DNA of 64,000 nt from Bacilli bacterium (GTDB lineage: Bacteria; Bacillota_I; Bacilli_A; ML615J-28; CAG-313), in contig JAFQPO010000014.1 in assembly GCA_017411715.1 (NCBI GenBank), positions 6,161 to 70,160 on the forward strand, read 5' to 3'. Made by a program: the position numbers and the translations under genes. Of this stretch, positions 1 to 10,337 are shown piece after piece. Positions within the stretch are counted from its first letter, which is position 1. The number at the start of each line of letters is the position of its first letter. The notes under the pieces were generated by a model that searched no databases, had not been told where the DNA came from, and was given only the letters and a program-made list of their open reading frames with translations.

Positions 1-5
1 CTAAA

Positions 6-419
6 TTGTTTTTTATTCCAGGCGGACTTGATGCGCTTCAAAAAGGAGGAAGAATTGATAGTAGTGAGATTAATTTAAATCAAAATTTAAATATCTTACC
101 AGTTATTAATTTAGAAGATGGTGGGCTTGTTAGATCAGGAATTACTAGAACTCCTCTAAATACATATAAAACAATTATTAATAAATATTTAGATTTGTAT
201 CCAATTAGTGAATATGATTATAGTGTAATATCATTTGTTGATAAGAAAGATTTATTAAACAATATAGTTAATCATATGAATGATAAAATAGGGATTAATA
301 ATTATATACAAGGAATAATGTCAATTAATCTATCTGTTCATTGTGGATTAGGTACAATTGGTGTTATGGTTACACCAAAATTAAAAGATTTTTCACTAAT
401 AAATTTATATCGAAAATAA
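6..419 (+). CDS. DegV-family protein, C-terminal fragment (5' end outside window)
   Basis: GGLDALQKGGRI motif resembling the DegV C-terminal region; the ORF runs off the window start. Confidence 0.45.
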   Translation: MFFIPGGLDALQKGGRIDSSEINLNQNLNILPVINLEDGGLVRSGITRTPLNTYKTIINKYLDLYPISEYDYSVISFVDKKDLLNNIVNHMNDKIGINNYIQGIMSINLSVHCGLGTIGVMVTPKLKDFSLINLYRK

Positions 420-456
420 ATAATAGAACCTGTTAAAACAGGTTCTATTTTATTTT

Positions 457-708
457 TTATAGGGTTGCTTGATTAAACTTTTGTTCTACTTTCGCAATTT
501 TTTGTTGTTCAACAGGGCACATTTGATACCATCCTGCTGCTTCCATTGTTTTGTAGACATCATTTTGTAATGTTAGCGTTGTATTTAATGCATCTTGAAA
601 TGCACAATGTACATCATTTGAAGATGATTCGACAGTTGCATGTGAATATAGATCAACTGTTCCTTTCGCTAGTTGTAATAAATCTTCCATTAATGCTTTA
701 TCGTTCAT
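457..708 (-). CDS. spore coat protein F-like (Coat_F family) small protein
   Basis: 83 aa; the pattern LAKGTVDLYSHATVESSS...AGWY is typical of CotF/YraD-like proteins; AGGAGG RBS upstream on the minus strand. Confidence 0.5.
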   Translation of the reverse strand: MNDKALMEDLLQLAKGTVDLYSHATVESSSNDVHCAFQDALNTTLTLQNDVYKTMEAAGWYQMCPVEQQKIAKVEQKFNQATL

Positions 709-717
709 GATTTCCTC

Positions 718-894
718 CTAATTAACTAATCGGTAAAGACTATCAAAGATAGTTTGGTGTTTTTGTTCCCATGCTTTAGCAAGCGAAGCAAATTCGGGAT
801 TTTTAAATGCTTTGGCGTACTCTCTACACTTCTTAATAAGAAATTGTTCATGTGCAAGAGCATCTTCTAAATAAAGTAATTCTTTTTCAGACAT
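718..894 (-). CDS. small Coat_F-like partner protein (58 aa), first gene of a two-gene operon
   Basis: Not in the ORF track (<60 aa). Reads MSEKELLYLEDALAHEQFLIKKC...; AGGAG RBS; stop lies 10 nt before the next start. Confidence 0.4.
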   Translation of the reverse strand: MSEKELLYLEDALAHEQFLIKKCREYAKAFKNPEFASLAKAWEQKHQTIFDSLYRLVN

Positions 895-1034
895 TTCATT
901 TCTCCTTTTTTTATTTGTAATAATATTATTGACATCTTAGGAAATATTATGTATTTTTAGATAAACTTTTATAATTTAAAATATTGCAAAAAATGGTATA
1001 TTATGTTATACTAATATAGAAAGAAGGGACCAAA

Positions 1035-2699
1035 ATGAAATTTAAAAAGAAGTGGTATCATTATATAATGGATTTTTTATCGCTTGCTGTCATTGGTGTG
1101 ATGTTTGTATATTTGGCAGTCGAATTTAAGGAATTACCAAATAATATTCCAATGAAGTTTGATAAAGATGGTATTATTACAGCCCTAGGACCAAAACAAA
1201 CATTATGGATTATTCCATCAATAATGTTAGCTGTGTTTGTTGCGGTATCATTACTGACTAGTACTCCTGGAAGTTTTAAATTTCCAGTTAAGCTAAATAA
1301 ATATAATTATTTAACAATGTATTCTTTGTTTAGCTTAATGTTTGAAACAATTGAATTAATATGCATGATAGTTGTTTGCTTTGTATTACATTTTTCAATT
1401 GTTTGTGTTCCGATTCCTAATGAATTAATGTTAATTTTAGTAGGATTAGTAATTATTACAGCTGTTTTATTTATTATATTAATAAAAGTATGTAATAAAA
1501 AGATTAATAAAAAATATCAAATTATAAATGAAAAGAAAGAGGTAAGAAAAATGCGTGGATTAAAGAATGTTAAAGTTTATGTAGAAGGTCAAGGAGTAAT
1601 TGAAACTTCAATCGGATTTGAAAATGGTCGTATTGCTGCGATTGGTAGTGATTTAGAAGTAGAAGAATTAGTAAAATTACCTGCTGATGCAGTAGTAGTT
1701 CCTGGTTTTATTGATCAACATATTCATGGTGCTGCTAAGTCAGATGCAATGGATGGTAGTGTAGAAGATATCGCAAATATTGCTAATGCTATTGCTAAAG
1801 AAGGAACAACTGCTTTCTTAGCAACAACTATGACTCAAAGTCCAGAAAATATCTGCAAAGCTTTAAACAGTGTTAAAGAATATATGGATACAAAATCAGA
1901 AACAGGTGCACAAGTTTTAGGTGTACATTTAGAAGGACCGTATATTTCTAAAGACTTTATCGGTGCTCAACCATTAGAATATGTTGCTGTACCATCTGTT
2001 GAATCATTCAAACAATACCAAGAAGCAAGCGGCGATACTATTAAGATTGTTAGTTTAGCTCCAGAAGTAGAAGGATCAATGGAATTAATTGACTACTTAG
2101 TTGCTAATAATATTGTTGCTTCATGTGGTCATACAAGTGCAAAATATGATGATATAGAAAAAGCTGTTGCTCATGGCGCATCAAATGTTACTCATACATA
2201 TAATGCACAACGTCCAATTCATCACCGTGAAATTGGAACAGTTGGTAGTGCTTTAATGTTTGATGAATTACATTGTGAATTAATTTGTGATACAATTCAC
2301 GTTAGCGTACCTGCTATTAAATTAGTATTAAAAAATAAACCACTTGATAAAGTTACATTAATTACTGACTCAATGCGTGCTAAACATGTATCTGATGGTA
2401 ATTATGATTTAGGTGGTCAATTAGTTATCGTTAAAAATGGTGAAGCGCGTTTAGAAAATGGTACTTTAGCAGGTAGTGTTTTAAAAATGTGCGATGCTGT
2501 TAAGAACGTTGTAACAAAAGTAGGTGTTCCATTTACACAAGCAATCGATATGGCTACAATTAATCCTGCTCGTCACTTAGGTGTTGCGGAAGAAATGGGT
2601 AGTATTGCTCTTGGTAAAAAAGCCAATGTTACAGTTCTTGATAATGAATATAATGTATTATTAACAGTTAGAGAAGGTAAAGTTATTTATCAAAAATAA
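1035..2699 (+). CDS. nagA: DUF1648-like membrane domain (aa 1-172) fused in frame to N-acetylglucosamine-6-phosphate deacetylase; NagA core is 1551..2699
   Basis: N-terminus has about 4 TM helices with an IPMKFDKDG motif; the NagA part contains FIDQHIHGA and a metal-binding amidohydrolase fold; internal RBS AAGAAAGAGG plus ATG at 1551. Confidence 0.8.
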   Translation: MKFKKKWYHYIMDFLSLAVIGVMFVYLAVEFKELPNNIPMKFDKDGIITALGPKQTLWIIPSIMLAVFVAVSLLTSTPGSFKFPVKLNKYNYLTMYSLFSLMFETIELICMIVVCFVLHFSIVCVPIPNELMLILVGLVIITAVLFIILIKVCNKKINKKYQIINEKKEVRKMRGLKNVKVYVEGQGVIETSIGFENGRIAAIGSDLEVEELVKLPADAVVVPGFIDQHIHGAAKSDAMDGSVEDIANIANAIAKEGTTAFLATTMTQSPENICKALNSVKEYMDTKSETGAQVLGVHLEGPYISKDFIGAQPLEYVAVPSVESFKQYQEASGDTIKIVSLAPEVEGSMELIDYLVANNIVASCGHTSAKYDDIEKAVAHGASNVTHTYNAQRPIHHREIGTVGSALMFDELHCELICDTIHVSVPAIKLVLKNKPLDKVTLITDSMRAKHVSDGNYDLGGQLVIVKNGEARLENGTLAGSVLKMCDAVKNVVTKVGVPFTQAIDMATINPARHLGVAEEMGSIALGKKANVTVLDNEYNVLLTVREGKVIYQK

Positions 2700-2710
2700 G
2701 GAGTGATGAT

Positions 2711-3427
2711 ATGCTTTCAATTAAAAATTTTACCAAAACTTATCCGGGAGGTAAAGTTGCTGTAAAAGATTTATCATTGGACGTAAACAAAGGGGATTTA
2801 GTAGCTTTTATTGGCCATAATGGTGCTGGTAAAACAACAACTATCAAAGCAATTGTTGGCATTATGCCAATTGAAGAAGGAGATATTTTAATAGATGGTT
2901 TATCTGTTAAATCTAATTCTCTTGAATGTAAAAGAATGATTGCATATGTTCCTGACAATCCTGATTTATACGAATCTTTAACTGGATTACAATATTTAAA
3001 TTTAATTTGTGACATTTATAAAATAAGTAAAGAAAAAAGAGAAGAAAAAATTGTTACATTATCTACTCAATTTGGCATCTATGATGATTTAAATAATTTT
3101 ATTTCTGCATATTCCCACGGTATGAAACAAAAAATTGCCCTTATTGCGGCTTTAGCCCATGATCCAAAATTATTAATTCTAGATGAACCATTTGTTGGCC
3201 TAGATCCTCTTGCAGCATACACTGTTAAAAATATTATGCGAGATTTTTGTGATAATGGTGGAGCAATCTTTTTCTCTACTCATATTTTAGAAGTAGCAGA
3301 AAAACTTTGTAATAAGATTGCAATTATAAAAGAAGGTAAACTAGTTATTAGTGGAAAAATAGAAGAAGTAATTAAAAATGAATCATTAGAAGATGTTTTC
3401 TTGGAGTTAACTGAAAATGCGAAATAG
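2711..3427 (+). CDS. ABC transporter ATP-binding protein
   Basis: Walker A GHNGAGKTT, signature and Walker B LLILDEP. Confidence 0.85.
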   Translation: MLSIKNFTKTYPGGKVAVKDLSLDVNKGDLVAFIGHNGAGKTTTIKAIVGIMPIEEGDILIDGLSVKSNSLECKRMIAYVPDNPDLYESLTGLQYLNLICDIYKISKEKREEKIVTLSTQFGIYDDLNNFISAYSHGMKQKIALIAALAHDPKLLILDEPFVGLDPLAAYTVKNIMRDFCDNGGAIFFSTHILEVAEKLCNKIAIIKEGKLVISGKIEEVIKNESLEDVFLELTENAK

Positions 3428-5030
3428 TTTTTTACTTATTAAAAACTATGTGATGTGCTTTTTAGGATCGTTGATTAAGAATAAGAAGAATCCTAAATAT
3501 ATCACTGCCGCAATTATTTTTATGTCATTTTCTGCTATTATTGTAGGTGCTTTCACAATGACTGCTGTTACTAGCACGACAATGTTTGTCCAAATAGCTG
3601 CAAACAATCCTGGAGCAGAAAGACTTGCGATGTATGGTAACTGTTCAACAGCTTTAATGATAATGTTATTACTTACTATAATGAGAAGCGCTTATACTAG
3701 TAAAAATACTGATGTGGTATTTTTATTATCAATGCCTTTTAAGAAAAGTGAAATTGTTTTTTCGAAGTTATTTTATAATTACATATTTGATTTATTGACA
3801 GTAATAGGGGTTTTATTACCTTCTTATATTGTTTATATTACTTTAGTGCCTAATTTAACATCTGCCATGCAAGCCCAAATCTTGTTGCGTGGTGTCTTAT
3901 TAGTGCTTTTATTACCTTTATTAACTAATGCTTTAGCAATTTTAATCTCATATATTATTGAAAAAATAGCGTCTTTGTTTAGAAATAAATCATTAATCAG
4001 AACACTATTTATTGTTGTTGTTTGCATTGCTTATATTATTTGTTATTTTTATTTACAAATGCTTATAACAGGTGCTTCAGAAGGAAGTAATGTGGATGAT
4101 ATTACTAATATGTTTAATGCATTATGGCCAATGAAGATATTAGCCTTATTTAGTTTAGATGGTGATCTTCCTTCCTTATTATATATAGTTCTTTTAACAA
4201 TTGTTCCATTTACTGGTGCTGCATGGTTAAAGACTAAACTTTTATTCGTTGATTCAAATAATGTACAAGTTAAGTCAAAGAAATTAAAATTTAAACAACA
4301 TTCTGCAACCTATACCTTATTTGTTAAAGAATTAAAATACTATTTTTCAATGCCAATTTATGTTTTAAATACAATTTTGGGCGCTGTAATGTATGTAGCT
4401 TTAGTTGTTGCATTATTGGTTTTAGATGTCGATGGAATTATAGGCTATTTTAGAACAATACCTAGTTTGCCAAGCATTATTATGGATGAACCAATTTTTA
4501 CAATTGTTGTACTACTTTCAATGTGTATTACATTATGTGTTACAACTAATACTTCAATATCATTAGAAGGTAAAAATTTTTGGATTTTAAAAGTCAATCC
4601 AATTAGTCATCGTACTGTTTTTACCGCGAAAGTATTATTAAATCTTGCTCTTACAGTTATTCCTGTAGTTTTAGGTGGCTTTGTTTTATCATTTAAGTTT
4701 GGTTTTATAAATCTTTGGGTGTTGATTTTAATACCACTGGCGTCAACAATCTTAAGTGCTATCGCAGGTATCTATATTAATTTATTATATCCTAAATTTG
4801 ATTGGGAATCAGAAGACGCTGTTATTAAACGTTCAATGTCAAGTTTTTTAGGATTATTCGCGGGAACTGTTATTATAATTATTCCAGTATTAATGTACTG
4901 GAGCACATGGTATAAACTAATTGATGTTTATTCAATGTCTGCTTTATTTATAGGATATTTATTTATTGTAATATCTTTATTACTTGTATTACTTGATACA
5001 AGAGGCAAAAAGATGTTTGAGAAATTGTAA
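3417..5030 (+). CDS. ABC-2-type large permease, putative exporter
   Basis: 537 aa, 10 or more hydrophobic segments; start overlaps the upstream ATPase gene. Confidence 0.6.
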   Translation: MRNSFLLIKNYVMCFLGSLIKNKKNPKYITAAIIFMSFSAIIVGAFTMTAVTSTTMFVQIAANNPGAERLAMYGNCSTALMIMLLLTIMRSAYTSKNTDVVFLLSMPFKKSEIVFSKLFYNYIFDLLTVIGVLLPSYIVYITLVPNLTSAMQAQILLRGVLLVLLLPLLTNALAILISYIIEKIASLFRNKSLIRTLFIVVVCIAYIICYFYLQMLITGASEGSNVDDITNMFNALWPMKILALFSLDGDLPSLLYIVLLTIVPFTGAAWLKTKLLFVDSNNVQVKSKKLKFKQHSATYTLFVKELKYYFSMPIYVLNTILGAVMYVALVVALLVLDVDGIIGYFRTIPSLPSIIMDEPIFTIVVLLSMCITLCVTTNTSISLEGKNFWILKVNPISHRTVFTAKVLLNLALTVIPVVLGGFVLSFKFGFINLWVLILIPLASTILSAIAGIYINLLYPKFDWESEDAVIKRSMSSFLGLFAGTVIIIIPVLMYWSTWYKLIDVYSMSALFIGYLFIVISLLLVLLDTRGKKMFEKL

Positions 5031-5059
5031 TTAAAAAGGGCCTTTTAAGACCCTTTTTC
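5031..5059 (+). terminator. rho-independent terminator
   Basis: AAAAAGGGCCTTTTAAGACCCTTTTT hairpin followed by a T-run. Confidence 0.7.
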
Positions 5060-5173
5060 AATTATATATTACTCATTTAGCGAAATATTACTAAAATGGT
5101 GAAATAAGATTAATTTAAGGCATAAAGTTGTTAAATGTGGTAAAATATAGTATCTTAATAAAAAGGTGATATT

Positions 5174-7324
5174 ATGAAAACAATTGTACTTGCGGAAAAA
5201 CCATCTGTTGGTAAAGAAATAGCTAGAGTACTTGGATGTACTCAAAAAGGTGAGGGCTATATCCAAAATAATAATTATATTGTAACTTGGGCATTAGGTC
5301 ATTTAGTTACATTAGCAGTTCCTGAAGTATATGATGATAAATGGGCTAAATGGGATTTAGAAACTCTACCTATGATACCAGATAAATTCAAAACTTCTGT
5401 AATTCCGGAGGTTGCTAAACAATACAAGATTGTTAAGACACTACTTCAAAAAAATGATGTAGGTAAACTTGTCATAGCAACAGATGCGGGACGCGAAGGA
5501 GAACTAGTTGCGAGATGGATAATTGAAAAAGCACGTTTTACAAAACCAATCTTTAGATTGTGGATTTCTTCTTTAACTGATGCATCAATTAAAAAAGGTT
5601 TTTCTAATCTATTACCAGCTAGTCATTATGATAATTTATATTATAGTGCTGAATCTAGAGCGATTGCTGATTGGTTAATTGGGATAAATGTAACTAGAGC
5701 ATTAACAACAAAATATAATGCATAATTATCAGCTGGACGCGTTCAAACTCCTACACTAGCTATGATTGTTAATAGAGAAGAAGAAATTAAAAAATTTGTT
5801 CCTGTTCCATTTGAAAAAATCCTGTTAGATTATAAAAACACAGAGTTTACATTAAACTATACTCAAAGTGAATCTAGAATTTTTGAACACCAAACTGTTG
5901 AAAAATTAATAACTGATTTAAAGGGAAATAAAGGAAAAATCACCAAAGTCACCAGAGAGAATAAGAAAGAACTTCAGCCATTACTTTACGATTTAACTGA
6001 ATTACAAAGAGATGCTAATCGTTATTATGGCTTTTCTGCTAAACAAACACTTGATATTATTCAAAGATTATATGAACATCACAAATATCTAACATACCCT
6101 AGAACTGATTCTAGATATTTAACAAAAGATATGTTTGAGATGAGTAAGCAAATAATAAAAAATTTTACAACTGGTGAATATAGTAAGTTTGCGGCTAAAA
6201 TATTATCTACACCCATAACTTTATCTAAAAGAATTTTTGATGATGCGAAGGTTACTGATCATCATGGGATAATACCGACTGAAATTAAACCAAATCTTAA
6301 TATACTATCAGATAATGAATTAAAAATTATGGAATTAGTTATTAAAAGATTCTTATCTGTTTTTATGAAAGAAGAAACTTTTGAGAAAATTAAAGTTGAA
6401 TTAAAGATTAAAAATTATACATTTACTACAAGTGGTAAAAGAATAATAGATGTTGGATGGAAGGCAGTTTATCAAAATTTAAAAATTGAATCAGATGAAG
6501 AAAATGCTATTTTACCAGATTTTAAAGAAAATGAAAATGTTGATAATTACCAACTAAGAGTTAAAAAAGGAATGACTGAACCTCCACAAAGATATACTGA
6601 AGCAACACTTCTAACTGCTATGGAGCATCCTGGAAAATTTATTGATGATAAAGAAATGAAAGCAATTATCGAAGAAAATAGTGGTATTGGAACTCCGGCG
6701 ACAAGAGCTGATATTATTGAAAAATTATTTAATGTTAATTATATGGAATTAAAAGGTAAATCAATTTATCCAACATCTAAAGGTATTCAACTTGTCAAGC
6801 TTGTACCAGAGGATTTAAAGTCTCCACTATTAACCGCAAAATGGGAAAAGAGATTAAATTTAATTAAAGAAGGAAAAGAGAAAAAAGAAGTATTTATTAG
6901 GGATATTGAAAAATCGGCGCTTGATTTAATTAATAATGTTAAAATAGCTGAATCAAAGTTTAAACATGATAATATGGTTTCTAAAAAGTGTCCTCTTTGT
7001 AATGCTAATTTACTAGATGTTGCGGATAAAATAGGACGAGTTTATAAATGTAGTAGTCCAGGATGTAAGTATCGTGAAAGAATATCTAGTAATACACAAA
7101 CAAGATGTCCTAATTGTCACAAGAAATTAACAATTGTAGGAAGTAATGAAAAAAGATTATTTGTTTGTACTTGTGGATATCGTGAAAAGGTTGAAAATTT
7201 TTATCAAAAACATGCAAATAAAGATAATGTTAATAAAAAAGAAGTTTATAACTATCTTAAAAATCAAGAAAAAGATATACCTAAAAACAATCCATTCTTA
7301 GATGCATTTAATTCAAAAAAATAA
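5174..7324 (+). pseudogene. topB: DNA topoisomerase III interrupted by an in-frame TAA at 5723-5725
   Basis: ORFs 5174..5725 and 5762..7324 are in the same frame. TOPRIM domain is in the first ORF; the motif reads KYNA*LSAGRVQTPTLA where Gln (CAA) is expected; C-terminal Zn-ribbon repeats (CPLC..CKY, CPNC..CTC) are in the second ORF. Confidence 0.7.
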
Positions 7325-7460
7325 GTATTTTTACAACGAAAATTTTAATTAAGTGATATAATGTAAATGATATTTTTTAAGCACTTAATTTCCGTAATTT
7401 ATTTAAATAAACGAAGGAAGCGTAAAGAACATCAAATTTAATAAATTATGGAGGAAAAAT

Positions 7461-7634
7461 ATGGATAAAACTATCGTTTGCAAAGATTGTGGTGCTGAAT
7501 TTGTTTTTACAGAACGTGAACAAGCTTTTTATGAATCTAAACAATTCTCTGATCCTGTAAGATGTAAAGCTTGCCGTGATGCTCGTAAAGCTGAAAAAGC
7601 CGCAAAAGAAGCTGCACAACAACCTGCTGAATAA
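7461..7634 (+). CDS. small zinc-ribbon protein (two CxxC pairs), 57 aa
   Basis: MDKTIVCKDCGAEF...RCKACRDARKAEKAAKEAA; GGAGG RBS 8 nt upstream; terminator immediately downstream. Confidence 0.5.
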   Translation: MDKTIVCKDCGAEFVFTEREQAFYESKQFSDPVRCKACRDARKAEKAAKEAAQQPAE

Positions 7635-7635
7635 A

Positions 7636-7662
7636 ATGCCTAAATAGGCATTTTTTCTTTTG
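7636..7662 (+). terminator. rho-independent terminator
   Basis: AATGCCTAAATAGGCATT followed by TTTTTCTTTT. Confidence 0.75.
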
Positions 7663-7732
7663 TCATTTTTTGGAAAGTATAATAAAACAATTTTAACTAA
7701 TAATATTTTTGAACACGAAATGAGGTGAAAGC

Positions 7733-8515
7733 GTGAGTTTGTTAAAGACGATAGCACAAGTCGTGTTCATTGCCTCGTTTTTAATCTCTCCTACATATAA
7801 AGTAGAAGTAAATATTGAGAGTGATTCCTCCCTGCCAACATTAGGATGGGGATTTAAAAAGAATCAAAATCATCAAGTGCCTGATATTGGTAGTTATGAA
7901 AGCGAAATATCTGATACAAATGCATTTTATTATGATTCAAAAAATCCCCATAAAATCTATTTAACGTTTGATGCGGGATATGATAATGGGAATCTACCGA
8001 AGATTTTGGATACGTTAAAAGCGAAAGGCGTTAAAGCAACAATTTTTGTGACCGGAGATTTTGTAAAAAGGTTTCCTGATTTGTTAAGAAGAATAGTAAA
8101 TGAAGGACATATAGTTGGTAATCATAGCTTTGCGCATAAGAACATAGCGAAAATAAGTGAAGAAGTGATGTTTGAAGACATCGAAAGATTAGAAAATGCA
8201 TACTATGAAACAACAGGTGAGAAAATGGCTAAAATATTTAGACCTCCTGAAGGATCATTTACTAAAGAAAAGCTAAGACTATTATCAGATAGAGGTTATA
8301 GAACCTATTTTTGGTCATTAGCGTATTGTGATTGGGATGTTAATAAACAATATCCAGTTAATAAGACAATTGAAGTTGTTTTACAAAACATTCATCCAGG
8401 TGCGATTATATTAATGCACAGTGTATCAAGTAGTAATCAAGAAGCTTTACCGGTAATTATTGATAAATTATTAGATATGAATTATCAATTTGGAACATTA
8501 AATGAAGTTGCTTAG
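7733..8515 (+). CDS. pdaA: polysaccharide deacetylase family protein, PdaA-like sporulation de-N-acetylase
   Basis: NodB-domain motifs TFDAGYDNG and HSFAHKN; GTG start with GAGGTGA RBS. Confidence 0.65.
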   Translation: MSLLKTIAQVVFIASFLISPTYKVEVNIESDSSLPTLGWGFKKNQNHQVPDIGSYESEISDTNAFYYDSKNPHKIYLTFDAGYDNGNLPKILDTLKAKGVKATIFVTGDFVKRFPDLLRRIVNEGHIVGNHSFAHKNIAKISEEVMFEDIERLENAYYETTGEKMAKIFRPPEGSFTKEKLRLLSDRGYRTYFWSLAYCDWDVNKQYPVNKTIEVVLQNIHPGAIILMHSVSSSNQEALPVIIDKLLDMNYQFGTLNEVA

Positions 8516-8587
8516 AAAAGATATCTTTTCGATATCTTTTTTTTATGATTTGTGGTATAATATATTAAACAAAAAGAGGAAATAATT

Positions 8588-9955
8588 ATGGCAAATACTT
8601 TAACATTAAATCAGGAATTATTAATTAATATCAAAAGAATTGGTATTAATGGAGAAGGAATTGGATATTATAAAAGATTAGCTGTTTTTGTAGATGGTGT
8701 ATTACCTGGCGAAAACGTAGTAGTTCGAATTAGTGAATTATATGATACTTATGCTAAAGCAGTTTTTGTAAGATTCAAAAATGAATCATCTCCAGATCGT
8801 GTTCGCCCAATTTGCCCAAATTATACAAAATGTGGTGGATGTCAATTAATGCATATGAATTATGAAGCACAACTAGCAACTAAGAAAAACTTAGTAGTTG
8901 AAGCTTTCAATCGTTATTTTAATGGAACTTTAAATGAAAAAGTTTTTAAAGATACTATTGGTGCTGATGATCCATGGTGCTATCGTAATAAAGTAAAACG
9001 TCCAGTTCGTTATGATGGTGAAAAACTTGTAACTGGTTTATATGAGGCGGGTTCTAATCGTTTAATTTATATTGATAAATGTCATGTTGAGGATAAGTAT
9101 ATCACAAATGCGATGAAGGAAATATGTGAATATTTATCAAAATATCAAGTAATTGCATATAATCCTCGTTTAAGAGAAGGAATCTTAAGAGATATTGTTA
9201 TCCGCATATCTGAAAAAACTAAAGATATGCAAGTTACATTAATTTTATATAAGAAAGATGAACGTACTTTAAAAATAGCTAAAGGATTATTAACAATTAA
9301 TAAAGTTGTTAGTGTTTATTATAGTGTTAATAGCGATTTAGAAGGTATTGAGAATTTTGGTGAAAAAACTACTTATTTAATTGGTGAAGAAACTATTTTT
9401 GATGATTTAGATGGTTTAAGATTCGAAATCTTACCTAATGCTTTCTTCCAATTGAATCATGCCCAAACTGAAAAACTATATAAAGAAGCTATTCGTTTAG
9501 GACATTTTAAAGGATATGAAAATGTTATCGATGCATATTGTGGAGTTGGTACAATAGGTTTATATGCATCTAAATATGTGACAGAAGTACGTGGCATAGA
9601 TATTAATAAAGAAGGCATTATCAATGCGAAGAAGAATGCTGAGATTAATAATATTAAAAATGCTAAATTTTACTCAGGAAATATTTTGCCTCATTTACAT
9701 GACTTTGAGAAAAAAGGATTTGTACCGGATGTTTTAATCGTTGACCCACCAAGAACAGGGCTTGATATTAATTTTATTCGTTATTTACAACAACATCCTG
9801 TTAAGAAAATTATTTACATTTCATGTAATCCATCTACACTTGCGAAAAACTGCAATCATTTAAATAATAAATATCATATCCTAGTTGTACAACCTCTTGA
9901 TATGTTCCCACAAACATCTGCAGTAGAAACAATTTGTATTTTAGAACGTCGTTAA
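8588..9955 (+). CDS. rlmD: 23S rRNA (uracil-5)-methyltransferase RlmD/RumA
   Basis: TRAM domain, CGGCQLMH Fe-S cysteines, SAM motif DAYCGVGTIGL. Confidence 0.85.
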   Translation: MANTLTLNQELLINIKRIGINGEGIGYYKRLAVFVDGVLPGENVVVRISELYDTYAKAVFVRFKNESSPDRVRPICPNYTKCGGCQLMHMNYEAQLATKKNLVVEAFNRYFNGTLNEKVFKDTIGADDPWCYRNKVKRPVRYDGEKLVTGLYEAGSNRLIYIDKCHVEDKYITNAMKEICEYLSKYQVIAYNPRLREGILRDIVIRISEKTKDMQVTLILYKKDERTLKIAKGLLTINKVVSVYYSVNSDLEGIENFGEKTTYLIGEETIFDDLDGLRFEILPNAFFQLNHAQTEKLYKEAIRLGHFKGYENVIDAYCGVGTIGLYASKYVTEVRGIDINKEGIINAKKNAEINNIKNAKFYSGNILPHLHDFEKKGFVPDVLIVDPPRTGLDINFIRYLQQHPVKKIIYISCNPSTLAKNCNHLNNKYHILVVQPLDMFPQTSAVETICILERR

Positions 9956-10057
9956 ATGCGGATATAAATAAAAAAATTACATATTGCTTGTATTATTTAT
10001 GATTTTATGATATAATATGTACGTTAATTTAGGTATCAATTTTTTGGAGGTACAATT

Positions 10058-10297
10058 ATGTATTGGTTAGATTATATTTTATTAGTAGTTTCTGTTCTAT
10101 TAATTGTAATTATCGTATTACAAAGTTCTAAAGATGACGGAAGCTCTGCATTCACAGGTGAAAAATCTGAATTATTTGCTAATAAAAAACAAAGAGGTCT
10201 TGAAAAGAGAATTAATCAAGCAACTGCTGTTTTATCAATCGCATTCTTTGTTATGGCATTCTTACTTTATATGATGCCAAGATATTGGTTTTTCTAA
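10058..10297 (+). CDS. secG: preprotein translocase subunit SecG
   Basis: 79 aa, two TM helices, LQSSKDDGSSAF motif; lies upstream of rnr-smpB as in many Firmicutes; terminator AAAGGCTTAACAGCCTTTTTTTT follows. Confidence 0.6.
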   Translation: MYWLDYILLVVSVLLIVIIVLQSSKDDGSSAFTGEKSELFANKKQRGLEKRINQATAVLSIAFFVMAFLLYMMPRYWFF

Positions 10298-10337
10298 TTA
10301 AAGGCTTAACAGCCTTTTTTTTGTAATAGGAGGGCAT

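Noticed and set aside
2740-3015. Minus-strand ORFs nested inside annotated genes (for example 2740-3015, 3833-4027, 13358-13570, 25516-26628, 60078-60689, 61275-61658)
   Set aside because: They lie antisense within well-supported CDSs, have no RBS, and show biased composition typical of spurious ORFs in AT-rich DNA.
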